Source of the DNA: Candidatus Saganbacteria bacterium
GTDB taxonomy: Bacteria; Margulisbacteria; WOR-1; JAKLHX01
DNA length: 32,000 nucleotides
Assembly (NCBI GenBank): GCA_026387835.1
Contig: JAPLKZ010000005.1
Location: 150,001 to 182,000, forward strand
Direction: 5' to 3'
Shown one piece after another: positions 18,151 to 26,796 of this stretch (positions are counted from its first letter, which is position 1; each line of letters starts with the position of its first letter). A model generated the notes under the pieces. That model searched no databases. It was given only the letters and a program-made list of their open reading frames with translations, and had not been told where the DNA came from. The translations under genes and the position numbers were made by a program.

Positions 18151-19338
18151 ATGAAAAAACTATCTGTTTTGTTGATGATCCTGATGATCGTTTCCTGTTC
18201 CTATGCCGCCGAATTTTCGGTGACAAGCGATACTTTCGGACAATCATTATTAAAAACAAAAATATCCAACAATGCCAGTTTTGGATTTCTGAACTCCAAC
18301 GGCACGGGAGCCCCAGTTTTTTCATGGAATCCGGATTTTCATAATTTCGGTGTGGGTGTAGGATTATCAGTGAACATACCTATAACACCGCAGGGCCAGC
18401 CTATAGGCGTCGACAATGTAGTTGTAAGATATGCGGAGTACTCGGGATCAAAGTGGGGGCTCAGATACGGGATACTGAACAATGTGACCCTTGCGAACGG
18501 CCTGCTGGTCAGTAATTATTCAACTTCCACAAAAGGCGGAATAATCCAGACTGACGGGCAGACAGGTGTGCGCGCATATTACAACTGGGATTATGCCGCG
18601 GTAGAATGTTTCGGCACATGGACCGGTGTTTACGGGGTGAGATTGACGGAAAATGTCCTGCCATTCCTGACTTTGGGGCAGTATATGGCGGGTGACACGG
18701 ACGGGATCAAACAGGTAAAGCCAGACGGAACGACAAAACAGTTCCCGTCGCAGTCGGGCTGGGGTCTTGATGCATCAGTGCCGCTGTTTCCCGGAGCCAG
18801 CCTGTTTGCGGAGTACGCGAAGCTCAACAATTACGGCGGGGGTTTTACCGGAGGACTTAATGCCGGATATAGTTTTCTTATTGGGAAGATCGGCTTGAAA
18901 GCAGAACGAAGGATATTAGACTATAATTTTGTCCCGGGTTATTACAACGACGAATATGAAGTAAATCCGATCGACATTGTCTCGTACGAGGCGACTTCCA
19001 CTAATAAGAACGGTTATGCATTGTCGGTCTACGGGGATATCCTTTCAAGAGCGAAGTTCATCGCGATCCTCGAACAATATAATGACAGCAACGCTTCGCT
19101 AAGAGCCGAAGCGCTTGCAGATCTGACCGACGCATATTTTTTGGGCGTTTCTTATGTCCAGCCGAATTTCAGGGATTTCAGGACCCTGGATGCCAGCGAC
19201 GGGGCAATAATCACTACGAAGCTCGGATATAAGATCAATCCTTTTACACAGGTCATTGCCAACTATAAAAAAGCGTATGATCCGGTCCAGGGCAAAGTCG
19301 TCGAGACGCAGTGGTATGAGGTGAGCCTGAGTTTTTAG
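18151..19338 (+). CDS. Outer-membrane beta-barrel protein (porin-like), secreted
   Basis: Signal peptide MKKLSVLLMILMIVSCSYA/AE, alternating beta-strand-like composition, and a C-terminal YEVSLSF ending in Phe (the OMP signature). The RBS is AAAAGGAG. Confidence 0.7.
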   Translation: MKKLSVLLMILMIVSCSYAAEFSVTSDTFGQSLLKTKISNNASFGFLNSNGTGAPVFSWNPDFHNFGVGVGLSVNIPITPQGQPIGVDNVVVRYAEYSGSKWGLRYGILNNVTLANGLLVSNYSTSTKGGIIQTDGQTGVRAYYNWDYAAVECFGTWTGVYGVRLTENVLPFLTLGQYMAGDTDGIKQVKPDGTTKQFPSQSGWGLDASVPLFPGASLFAEYAKLNNYGGGFTGGLNAGYSFLIGKIGLKAERRILDYNFVPGYYNDEYEVNPIDIVSYEATSTNKNGYALSVYGDILSRAKFIAILEQYNDSNASLRAEALADLTDAYFLGVSYVQPNFRDFRTLDASDGAIITTKLGYKINPFTQVIANYKKAYDPVQGKVVETQWYEVSLSF

Positions 19339-19340
19339 GG

Positions 19341-19922
19341 TTATTTCCTTAAGACGTTTACTTTTCCGCCGAGGACTTCAATGACCTTTGAAGCTTTGCC
19401 GGTCTTTGCCTTGCCGCCGTCAATTATGAGGTCGATCCCGCTTTTAAAATACTTTGCTGCCTCTTTTGCCGTTCTTGCCGGTTTTTCACCTGAAATATTA
19501 GCGGATGTCGCTGCTATAGGATGACCTAATGCTTTGATCAGTTTTAATACAAACGCATGGTCCGGCATTCTGACACCGACAGTATTCAGGCCGCAGGTCA
19601 GATAGCAGGGGACTTTACCGCTCTTTTCAGCGACGATCGTGAGCGGTCCGGGGAATCCGTCCTTTATCAGATCCTTAATTTCCCTTGAAAGCGTTTTAAA
19701 CAGGCCTTTTGCCTGTTTTTTTGAACCGGCAAGTAACTGGAGCGGTTTCTTGTCCCTTTTCTTTGATCTGAATATTTTATTGACGGCCTTCCTGCTGCGA
19801 TAGTCCGCTGCGATCCCGTATACAGTTTCTGTCGGGATCACGATAAGACCGCCGGACCGCAGTATCCTGACAGCTTCTCTGATGATCCCATCCTGATTTT
19901 TCTTTGTAAGTTTTATTATCAT
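19341..19922 (-). CDS. tsaC: L-threonylcarbamoyladenylate synthase (YrdC/TsaC type)
   Basis: GGLIVIPTETVYGIAAD, and ATSANISGEKPA. It is 193 aa. Confidence 0.88.
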   Translation of the reverse strand: MIIKLTKKNQDGIIREAVRILRSGGLIVIPTETVYGIAADYRSRKAVNKIFRSKKRDKKPLQLLAGSKKQAKGLFKTLSREIKDLIKDGFPGPLTIVAEKSGKVPCYLTCGLNTVGVRMPDHAFVLKLIKALGHPIAATSANISGEKPARTAKEAAKYFKSGIDLIIDGGKAKTGKASKVIEVLGGKVNVLRK

Positions 19923-19932
19923 GGCTGATGAT

Positions 19933-19938
19933 ATTATA
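19933..19938 (-). promoter_or_regulatory. -10 box TATAAT, 10 nt before the tsaC ATG
   Basis: The minus strand reads tataTATAATatcatcagccATG. There is no Shine-Dalgarno sequence. Confidence 0.5.
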
Positions 19939-19940
19939 TA

Positions 19941-19949
19941 TGGTATAAT
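19941..19949 (+). promoter_or_regulatory. Extended -10 box TGgTATAAT, upstream of the TPR gene
   Basis: Sequence taTGGTATAATttggaattaaaagttaaaaATG. There are 19 nt between the box and the ATG at 19969. Confidence 0.55.
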
Positions 19950-19968
19950 TTGGAATTAAAAGTTAAAA

Positions 19969-20583
19969 ATGCAAATCAAAAGATATATTGCGGTCGCAGT
20001 ATTGATATTTTCGATGGCCACGGCGGCATTCTGCTGGACGATGACCGCAGAATTCGCGAAGGAGACCGCGGAAAAAGAAGCGGCGGTCAAAGCAAGCCCC
20101 CGTTCACCGGACGCGCTCTTTGATCTGGCTATAACATACGCTTACACGAACAAAGTGCAGGAAGGGCTTGACACGCTGAAAAATGTGTCAAAACTGGTCT
20201 CTGACACAAAAACTTATTCAAGGCAACTTATCGAAAGATATTATGTTGAAGTTCAGCAAAATCCTAAGGACTGGAGGGTGAGATTCAGGCTCGCGTTCGC
20301 TTATTATTTCGGCGGATACAAAAAATATGCCGTGACGGAACTTCAGAACGTTGCCGCGACAGACCCTAAAAACCCCTGGCCTTACGCCTATATTGCCGTC
20401 ATTTACGGAGAGGACGACAGGTGGAATGAAGCCGTGGCTTCCATGAGAAGGGCTATATCGATGGATTCAAACGTGGCGGCATTCCACCTGGCGCTTGCGC
20501 TCGGATATTCAAAGACCGGCAATCCGTTAGGAGCGATGTTCGAGGGCGGCGAAGCGATGAGGCTTAAGGCAATGGGGTATTAA
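19969..20583 (+). CDS. TPR-repeat protein with N-terminal signal/anchor
   Basis: Hydrophobic N-terminus YIAVAVLIFSMATAAFC. TPR-like helical pairs include ALFDLAITYAYTNKVQEG, RFRLAFAYYFGGYKKYA and PYAYIAVIYGE. Confidence 0.7.
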   Translation: MQIKRYIAVAVLIFSMATAAFCWTMTAEFAKETAEKEAAVKASPRSPDALFDLAITYAYTNKVQEGLDTLKNVSKLVSDTKTYSRQLIERYYVEVQQNPKDWRVRFRLAFAYYFGGYKKYAVTELQNVAATDPKNPWPYAYIAVIYGEDDRWNEAVASMRRAISMDSNVAAFHLALALGYSKTGNPLGAMFEGGEAMRLKAMGY

Positions 20584-20593
20584 TAACCGCACA

Positions 20594-21526
20594 ATGAATA
20601 ATAAATTCAGCTTATTTATTTTGTTCATTCTATTGCTGGGGCTTATCTCTGTCTGGACTGTCTTAATACCTAAAGAGACCGTTTCGGAAAAGATCTCAAA
20701 GACCCTCGTTGAGCAGAAAAAAAAAGCGGATATGTTCATGAAAGGCGTGACCTTCGCGGAGATCGTGGACGGCGTGAAATACTGGGAGATAAAATCCATC
20801 ACCTCGCAGATAAACAAGACCACGGGCGTCGCGGTGTTGAGCGATATCAAAGGTTCCTTCTTTAAGAACGGCATCCCTTCGGTGAAGTTCGTTTCCCCGA
20901 CCGTGAAATGGGACATGAACAGGAAAGAGATCAGGATAGAATCGCCTCTGGGATACGATAACAAGTTTAAGTTCGAGACCCCGTACCTTGACTGGTCCCT
21001 CAGTTCGAAGAAACTGTTCACCGACCAGGATGTCGTCTTTGAGGGCGACGGGATGACCGTGAAAGGAAAAGGCCTCTCGGCGGACGCCGGCCTTGAAACA
21101 ATGGTCCTCAAAGGCGGTCCTAAAGCGGATATCAGCCAGGACGGCGAGACCATGGAGATAGAAGCAAGGACATTCGAGGTGAACGGTCAGACCGGTTCGA
21201 TACTTGCGAGCGGCGAGGCAAAAGCCGAAAGAGGGGACCTTTCTATCAGGGCAGAAAGCCTGTTCTATGATAAGGAAAAGAACAAAGCCTCTGCGGCCGG
21301 CTCGGTCCGTATCTCATACAAGGATATCAGGGCCAGCTCTGATCATGCGGTCTATGACGTCAAAAATAACGCCATCTTTCTTTCGGGCTCCGCAAAAGCG
21401 ACGAGAGAAGATAATGAGCTTACCGGCGACAAGTTGATAATAGACATCAAAAATAATAAAATAATGATCAGGGGCAGGACAAAAGTGATCGTCGACGAGA
21501 GCCTCCTTACAAAAGAAGCAAAATAA
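20594..21526 (+). CDS. LptC-like plus OstA/LptA-like fused LPS-transport protein
   Basis: N-terminal membrane anchor FSLFILFILLLGLISVW, an LptC-type beta-jellyroll segment, and a C-terminal OstA-like segment ADHAVYDVKNNAIFLSGSAKATREDNELTGDKLIIDIKNNKIMIRG. Confidence 0.6.
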   Translation: MNNKFSLFILFILLLGLISVWTVLIPKETVSEKISKTLVEQKKKADMFMKGVTFAEIVDGVKYWEIKSITSQINKTTGVAVLSDIKGSFFKNGIPSVKFVSPTVKWDMNRKEIRIESPLGYDNKFKFETPYLDWSLSSKKLFTDQDVVFEGDGMTVKGKGLSADAGLETMVLKGGPKADISQDGETMEIEARTFEVNGQTGSILASGEAKAERGDLSIRAESLFYDKEKNKASAAGSVRISYKDIRASSDHAVYDVKNNAIFLSGSAKATREDNELTGDKLIIDIKNNKIMIRGRTKVIVDESLLTKEAK

Positions 21527-21531
21527 AAAAT

Positions 21532-22503
21532 ATGGAAGAAGTCCAGTCAATACAGCAATTAGAAGAGATCCTTGAGCGAAAAGGCCCTTCTTTCGACGTT
21601 ATCATAATCGGCGGCGGGCCGGCCGGGCTCACTGCCGCGATATATTCCTCGCGTTCAGGCCTTAAGACGCTTTTAATAGAAAAAGCCCTCCTGGGCGGCC
21701 AGGCATCTCTTTGTCCGGCCATCGAAAATTATCCGGGTTTTCCTTCGGGGATATCCGGAGCGGAGCTCTCGTCAAGGCTCGAGGACCAGGCCAGGAAATT
21801 CGGGACTGAGATAATCTGGGGCGACGTGAACGGCATTTCGCTGGAGGGCGACCAAAAAAAAGTCGGTCTGAACGATAAGATATTTTCGGCAAAGGCCCTG
21901 ATATTGGCATCGGGCGCAGAACCAAAAAAACTGAAGATCCCCGGTGAGGACGAGTTCAGGGGAAGGGGAGTATCATATTGCGCGACCTGCGACGGCGCTT
22001 TTTACAGGGACAAAGAACTTGTCGTGATAGGGGGAGGCAATTCGGCCGTGTCGGAAGCGATATTCCTGACAAAATTCGCGTCAAAGGTGGGGATCATCCA
22101 CAGGAGAAGCGTATTAAGGGCCGATAAGGTGCTTGGGGACCGCGCTTCTTTTGAGCCGAGGATCTATTTTGTGTGGGACAGCGTGCCCGAAAAGATCAAC
22201 GGAAAAGATACGGTCACTTCTATAGAAATAAAGAACGTGATAACGGGAAAAACCTCGAGGATAGAGACCGACGGAGTGTTCATCTATATCGGAGAACATC
22301 CCAATTCATCTCTTGTCAGGGGCCTTGTTGATATTTCGGAAGACGGATCCGTAATTGTCGATGACAGGATGATGACGTCATGCAAAGGCATATTTGCCGC
22401 CGGGGATGTCTGCCGGAAACATCTGAGGCAGATAGCGACAGCGGTCGGCGACGGTGCACTCGCGGCCGACTCGGCTCGAAAATATATCGAAAACATGATA
22501 TAA
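21532..22503 (+). CDS. trxB: Thioredoxin-disulfide reductase
   Basis: FAD site DVIIIGGGPAGLTAAIY, redox motif CATCDG, and NADPH site VIGGGNSA. Confidence 0.93.
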   Translation: MEEVQSIQQLEEILERKGPSFDVIIIGGGPAGLTAAIYSSRSGLKTLLIEKALLGGQASLCPAIENYPGFPSGISGAELSSRLEDQARKFGTEIIWGDVNGISLEGDQKKVGLNDKIFSAKALILASGAEPKKLKIPGEDEFRGRGVSYCATCDGAFYRDKELVVIGGGNSAVSEAIFLTKFASKVGIIHRRSVLRADKVLGDRASFEPRIYFVWDSVPEKINGKDTVTSIEIKNVITGKTSRIETDGVFIYIGEHPNSSLVRGLVDISEDGSVIVDDRMMTSCKGIFAAGDVCRKHLRQIATAVGDGALAADSARKYIENMI

Positions 22504-22525
22504 TTTTTTCTAGGAGGCTAAATAA

Positions 22526-23350
22526 TTGGCAGTAATAACGATGAGACAATTGCTTGAAGCGGGCGTCCACTTCGGGCACCAGCGAAGGTTCTGGAACCCG
22601 AAGATGAAGACATACATTTTTTCGTCAAGGAACGATATCCATGTGATCGATCTCCATAAATCCATACCGCTGATAGAAAAAGCATACCAGTTCATCAAGA
22701 AGACCGTCGAGGATAAAGGGACCGTGCTTTTCGTCGGCACAAAAAAACAGGCCCAGGAAGCGATCGAGACGGAAGCAAAAAGGTGCGGCATGTTCTTCGT
22801 CAGCCAGAGATGGCTGGGCGGGACGCTCACTAATTTCAAGACGCTCAGAAAAAATATCGCGCGCCTTAAAGACATCGAAAAGATGGAAACGACCGGCATG
22901 TTCGAAAAACTCCCGAAAAAAGAGGTCGCAAAGCTCCAGAAGGAAAAAGCAAAACTGGACAGGATGCTGGGGGGAATAAGGGACATGTCATCCCTGCCGT
23001 CAGTGGTCTTCATCGTTGACACAAAAAAAGAGGTCATCGCCGTGAAGGAGGCCAGGAAACTGGGCATCCCGATAGTAGGGATAGTCGATACCGACAGCGA
23101 CCCGGAAGAAGTGGACCACGCCATACCGGCCAACGACGACGCAATAAGATCGGTAAAACTCCTCACATCGATAATCGCGGATGCGGTGCTTGACGGAAGG
23201 CAGCTAACGGAACCCGGGCAGGAGTTCGGCATATCGATAGAGGACACGCCCGAAGAGCTCGCTGCGGCCATAGAGATCGAAAAGGAAGAACAGCTGCAGG
23301 ACGTCAGCATCGAAAGCTTCATCAAAATACCCGACAAAGAAACCGAATAG
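22526..23350 (+). CDS. rpsB: 30S ribosomal protein S2
   Basis: [27 protein letters not shown]. It has a TTG start, with AGGAGG 7 nt upstream. Confidence 0.95.
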   Translation: MAVITMRQLLEAGVHFGHQRRFWNPKMKTYIFSSRNDIHVIDLHKSIPLIEKAYQFIKKTVEDKGTVLFVGTKKQAQEAIETEAKRCGMFFVSQRWLGGTLTNFKTLRKNIARLKDIEKMETTGMFEKLPKKEVAKLQKEKAKLDRMLGGIRDMSSLPSVVFIVDTKKEVIAVKEARKLGIPIVGIVDTDSDPEEVDHAIPANDDAIRSVKLLTSIIADAVLDGRQLTEPGQEFGISIEDTPEELAAAIEIEKEEQLQDVSIESFIKIPDKETE

Positions 23351-23364
23351 AAAGGCCTTTGGAA

Positions 23365-23964
23365 ATGGCTGTAACACCCGAGATGGTGAAAGAACTGCGT
23401 GAAAAAACGGGCTGTGGGATGATGGACTGCAAAAAAGCCCTTGAAGAGTCCGGGGGCGATATGGCAAAAGCGGCGGAGCATCTCAGAAAAAAAGGCCTTG
23501 CCTCAGCGGCTCAAAAAGCGGAAAGAGCGGCCTGCCAGGGCATTATCGAATCTTATATACATCTCAATTCTAATATCGGTGTGATGATCGAGCTGAACTG
23601 CGAAACAGATTTTGTCGCTAGGAACCCTGAATTCAAAGAGCTTGCAAGGGATATCGCGATGCAGGTGTGCGCGGCCTCGCCGATGTATGTCTCAAGAGAG
23701 TCCGTGCCGCAGGCGCATCTGGACCATGAAAAAGAAATAATAAAGGCCCAGTCAAAGACAGAAGGAAAGCCTGAGCATATCATAGAAAAGATGATGAAAG
23801 GCAGGATCGAAAAGTTCTACAGCGAGGTCTGCCTGGTAGATCAGCTTTTCATAAAGGACCAGGATAAAAAGATAAGCGACCTCATAAAAGAAAAGATAGC
23901 CAAGTTCGGCGAGAATATAGTAATAAAGCGCTTCACAAGATATCAAGTTGGAGAAAAGATCTAA
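23365..23964 (+). CDS. tsf: Elongation factor Ts (short form)
   Basis: [27 protein letters not shown] prefer the ATG at 23365 over the TTG at 23359 given in the track. Confidence 0.92.
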   Translation: MAVTPEMVKELREKTGCGMMDCKKALEESGGDMAKAAEHLRKKGLASAAQKAERAACQGIIESYIHLNSNIGVMIELNCETDFVARNPEFKELARDIAMQVCAASPMYVSRESVPQAHLDHEKEIIKAQSKTEGKPEHIIEKMMKGRIEKFYSEVCLVDQLFIKDQDKKISDLIKEKIAKFGENIVIKRFTRYQVGEKI

Positions 23965-26677
23965 TACGCCCGTAATCTACCTCATAGATGGGAACTCTCT
24001 GGTCTACAGGGCTTTCTACGCCCTTCCCGACACGATGAAGACCGCTTCAGGCATCACAACAAACGCAATTTACGGTTTTACTAACATGCTTTTAAGGCTT
24101 CTCGATGACAAGCCGGATTACATCGCGATAGCTTTTGACAGGCCGGAACCCACTTTCAGGCACAAAGAATACTCTGAGTACAAAGCCCAGAGGCAGAAAG
24201 CTCCCGATACGTTAAGGCAGCAGTTCCCTTACATCAAGGAGTTGATCTCGATGTTTTCGATCCCGGTATTCGAGATGGCCGGTTTTGAAGCTGACGACAT
24301 CGTGGCCACGATCGCAAAAAAGGCCGAGAAAGACGGGATGAAAGCGGTGATAGTCACGGGAGACAAAGACACTTTTCAGCTCATCAATGACAGTATAAAT
24401 GTTCTTACCGCGGTAAAAGGCATAACCGAGACCATGCTTTACGACAGCACTAAGGTCAAAGAAAGGTTCGGGATAGAACCCAAATTCCTTCTTGATTATA
24501 AATCCCTTGCCGGTGACCCGTCGGATAACATACCCGGAATCCCGGGGGTGGGGGAAAAGACGGCGGTATCCCTGATATCAAAATTCGGTGACCTTGAGTC
24601 GATAATAAAGAACGCCGATACTCTTGAAGGTAAACTTAAAGACAAGATAAAAAACAATGTCGGGATCGCCCGTCTTTCAAGAAGGCTGGCCGAACTGGTG
24701 ACGGACATGCCGCTGGACATAGATTTCAAGAAACTTGAAAGGAAAGAAATAGACTGGCCTTCAGTGTTTCCGCTCCTTGAAAAGTTCGAGTTCAAAAGCC
24801 TTCTGAAAAAATACGGCAAGGACCAGACAATCGGTTTGTTCGCACAGGAAAGCAGGGAAAAAGTCAGGCAGGCCGACGAGAATACGGATTATAAGTTGAT
24901 AGAGAACGGCAAAGACCTCGATTCTCTTATCGGAGAGATCAGATCAGCAGGCGCATTTGCTTTTGATACGGAGACTACATCACTTGATACAATGACTGCC
25001 AAGCTTATAGGCATTTCAATATCCTGCAAATTATGCAAGGCTTCTTTTATCCCTGAAGGTATTATTTCAAAGTTTGGAAATGCAGAAAAACTGAAGGATA
25101 TATTTGCGGACTCAGAAATAAAAAAATACGGCCATAATCTTAAATATGACATAGAGATCCTTAACGGTCACGGCATAGAAGTCCACGGTATAGATTTTGA
25201 CACTATGGTAGCCGCATATATTCTGGACCCGACTGCAGGGAAATTCGGCTTAAAGTTCCTCGGAGCAAAGTATTTCGGAAAGATCATGACCAGCTATGAA
25301 GAGCTCATGCTTGCTGACAATGCAAAGGATATCAAGAACACGGATATTGAAGATCTCAAAAATTATGCCTGTGCCGATGCGGATATCACATTCCGGCTCC
25401 AGGAAGTGCTGCGTAAAGAACTGACGGAAAAAGGGCTTCTCAGCATATTTTCAAATATCGAAGTGCCCCTGATCGAGGTCCTTGTGAAGATGGAGGAGGA
25501 CGGCGTCTCGATCGACGAGGCAAAGCTTTCTTTCCTGTCAAAGGACGTTTCCAAAAGGATCGAACGCCTTGAGATAGAGATATATGCCATCTGCGGCGAG
25601 AAGTTCAATATCAACTCTCCAAAACAGCTTGCCGAGATACTTTTTAATAAGCTGAAGCTCCCGAAAGGCAGAAAGACAAAGACGGGACAGTCAACTGACG
25701 CGTCAGTCCTTGAATCCCTGGCCGGCAATTTCGAGATTGCGCAAAAACTTCTCGAGTACAGGCAGCTCGCAAAGCTGCAGAGCACTTATATCGACGCGCT
25801 TCCCCAGATGGTCAACAAGAGGACGGGAAGGATACACACGTCATTTAACCAGATCATCACGGCGACAGGCCGCCTTTCAAGCAGCGATCCAAACCTGCAG
25901 AACATACCGATAAGATCGGACCTCGGCAAGATGATAAGGGATGCTTTTGTTCCTGCAAATGACGGGGACATGATCCTGTCCGCCGATTATTCTCAGATAG
26001 AGCTACGCATACTCGCGCACCTCAGTAAAGATCCGGAACTGATAAAGGATTTTATCGAAGACAAGGATATTCACTCCGCTACCGCGGCTGACATATTTGG
26101 TGTCAAATTCGAAGAAGTAACAAAGGAGATGAGGACCTTCTCGAAAACGATAAACTTCGGCATTGTTTACGGTATGAGTTCCTACGGTCTCGCGAAAACA
26201 CTCAACATCAAACCCAGAGAGGCTGAAGAATACATCTCTAAATATTTCAACAAATATAAAGGTGTAAAGGCGTTCATGGACAACACGATTCTTTTTGCAA
26301 GAAAGAACGGCTATGTCGAGACCCTTCTCGGCAGGAGAAGGTATTTAAGGAATATCGACAGCTACAACCAGAACGAGAGGCAGGCTGAAGAGAGGATAGC
26401 TGTCAACACACCGGTGCAGGGAACAGCCGCCGATATAATCAAAGCGGCTATGATAAAGATCTATAATAGACTGAATGTAAGGGCGGGTTTAAAACCCGCC
26501 CCTCTCAGATCAAAAATGATACTTCAGATCCACGATGAGCTTGTGTTCGAATGCCCGAAGGAAGAAGTCGAACAAGTTAAGACGCTTGTCAGGGATCTCA
26601 TGTCAACGGCCGTTCCTCTTGATGTCCCCGTCAAAGTCGATATCGGTGTTGGGAAAAGCTGGGGCCAGGCGAAGTAA
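23948..26677 (+). CDS. polA: DNA polymerase I (5'-nuclease, 3'-5' exonuclease and polymerase domains)
   Basis: [15 protein letters not shown]. Exo motifs [17 protein letters not shown] and YACADAD. Pol motif A DYSQIELR and motif [10 protein letters not shown]. The TTG start at 23948 overlaps the tsf end, and the start is uncertain. Confidence 0.93.
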   Translation: MEKRSNTPVIYLIDGNSLVYRAFYALPDTMKTASGITTNAIYGFTNMLLRLLDDKPDYIAIAFDRPEPTFRHKEYSEYKAQRQKAPDTLRQQFPYIKELISMFSIPVFEMAGFEADDIVATIAKKAEKDGMKAVIVTGDKDTFQLINDSINVLTAVKGITETMLYDSTKVKERFGIEPKFLLDYKSLAGDPSDNIPGIPGVGEKTAVSLISKFGDLESIIKNADTLEGKLKDKIKNNVGIARLSRRLAELVTDMPLDIDFKKLERKEIDWPSVFPLLEKFEFKSLLKKYGKDQTIGLFAQESREKVRQADENTDYKLIENGKDLDSLIGEIRSAGAFAFDTETTSLDTMTAKLIGISISCKLCKASFIPEGIISKFGNAEKLKDIFADSEIKKYGHNLKYDIEILNGHGIEVHGIDFDTMVAAYILDPTAGKFGLKFLGAKYFGKIMTSYEELMLADNAKDIKNTDIEDLKNYACADADITFRLQEVLRKELTEKGLLSIFSNIEVPLIEVLVKMEEDGVSIDEAKLSFLSKDVSKRIERLEIEIYAICGEKFNINSPKQLAEILFNKLKLPKGRKTKTGQSTDASVLESLAGNFEIAQKLLEYRQLAKLQSTYIDALPQMVNKRTGRIHTSFNQIITATGRLSSSDPNLQNIPIRSDLGKMIRDAFVPANDGDMILSADYSQIELRILAHLSKDPELIKDFIEDKDIHSATAADIFGVKFEEVTKEMRTFSKTINFGIVYGMSSYGLAKTLNIKPREAEEYISKYFNKYKGVKAFMDNTILFARKNGYVETLLGRRRYLRNIDSYNQNERQAEERIAVNTPVQGTAADIIKAAMIKIYNRLNVRAGLKPAPLRSKMILQIHDELVFECPKEEVEQVKTLVRDLMSTAVPLDVPVKVDIGVGKSWGQAK
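26654..26677 (+). repeat. Direct repeat copy 1 (the authentic polA 3' end, AAAAGCTGGGGCCAGGCGAAGTAA)
   Basis: A 24-bp exact match to 28652-28675. Confidence 0.9.
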
Positions 26678-26753
26678 AAATACCATTGTCCTTCGTACTC
26701 AGATTCTTAATAAATACTTTTAATTAGCGCCTTACCGAAATAATGTGGACAGG

Positions 26754-26784
26754 TGAAATTCTTGGCGGAAAAACACGATGATTA
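26754..26784 (+). promoter_or_regulatory. Alternative-sigma-type promoter, copy D: TGAAAT-N16-CGATGATTA, upstream of the 615-aa gene
   Basis: Sequence ggTGAAATtcttggcggaaaaacaCGATGATTAtattgataacatATG. The -10 tail is more divergent than in the other copies. Confidence 0.55.
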
Positions 26785-26796
26785 TATTGATAACAT

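Noticed and set aside
20527-21153. 208-aa minus-strand ORF
   Set aside because: It is antisense to the LptC/LptA-like gene, which has an anchor and domain pattern. The antisense product has no recognisable features and no RBS.
22510-23481. 323-aa minus-strand ORF
   Set aside because: It is fully antisense to the highly conserved rpsB and the start of tsf. The translation is Ser/Phe-rich and low in complexity, with no motif.
26743-26781. 12-codon ORF (MWTGEILGGKTR) upstream of the radical-SAM-like gene, as a possible RiPP precursor
   Set aside because: It overlaps the predicted promoter D and has no RBS. It has no Cys/Ser/Thr-rich core or leader-like region, and it is too short to support.
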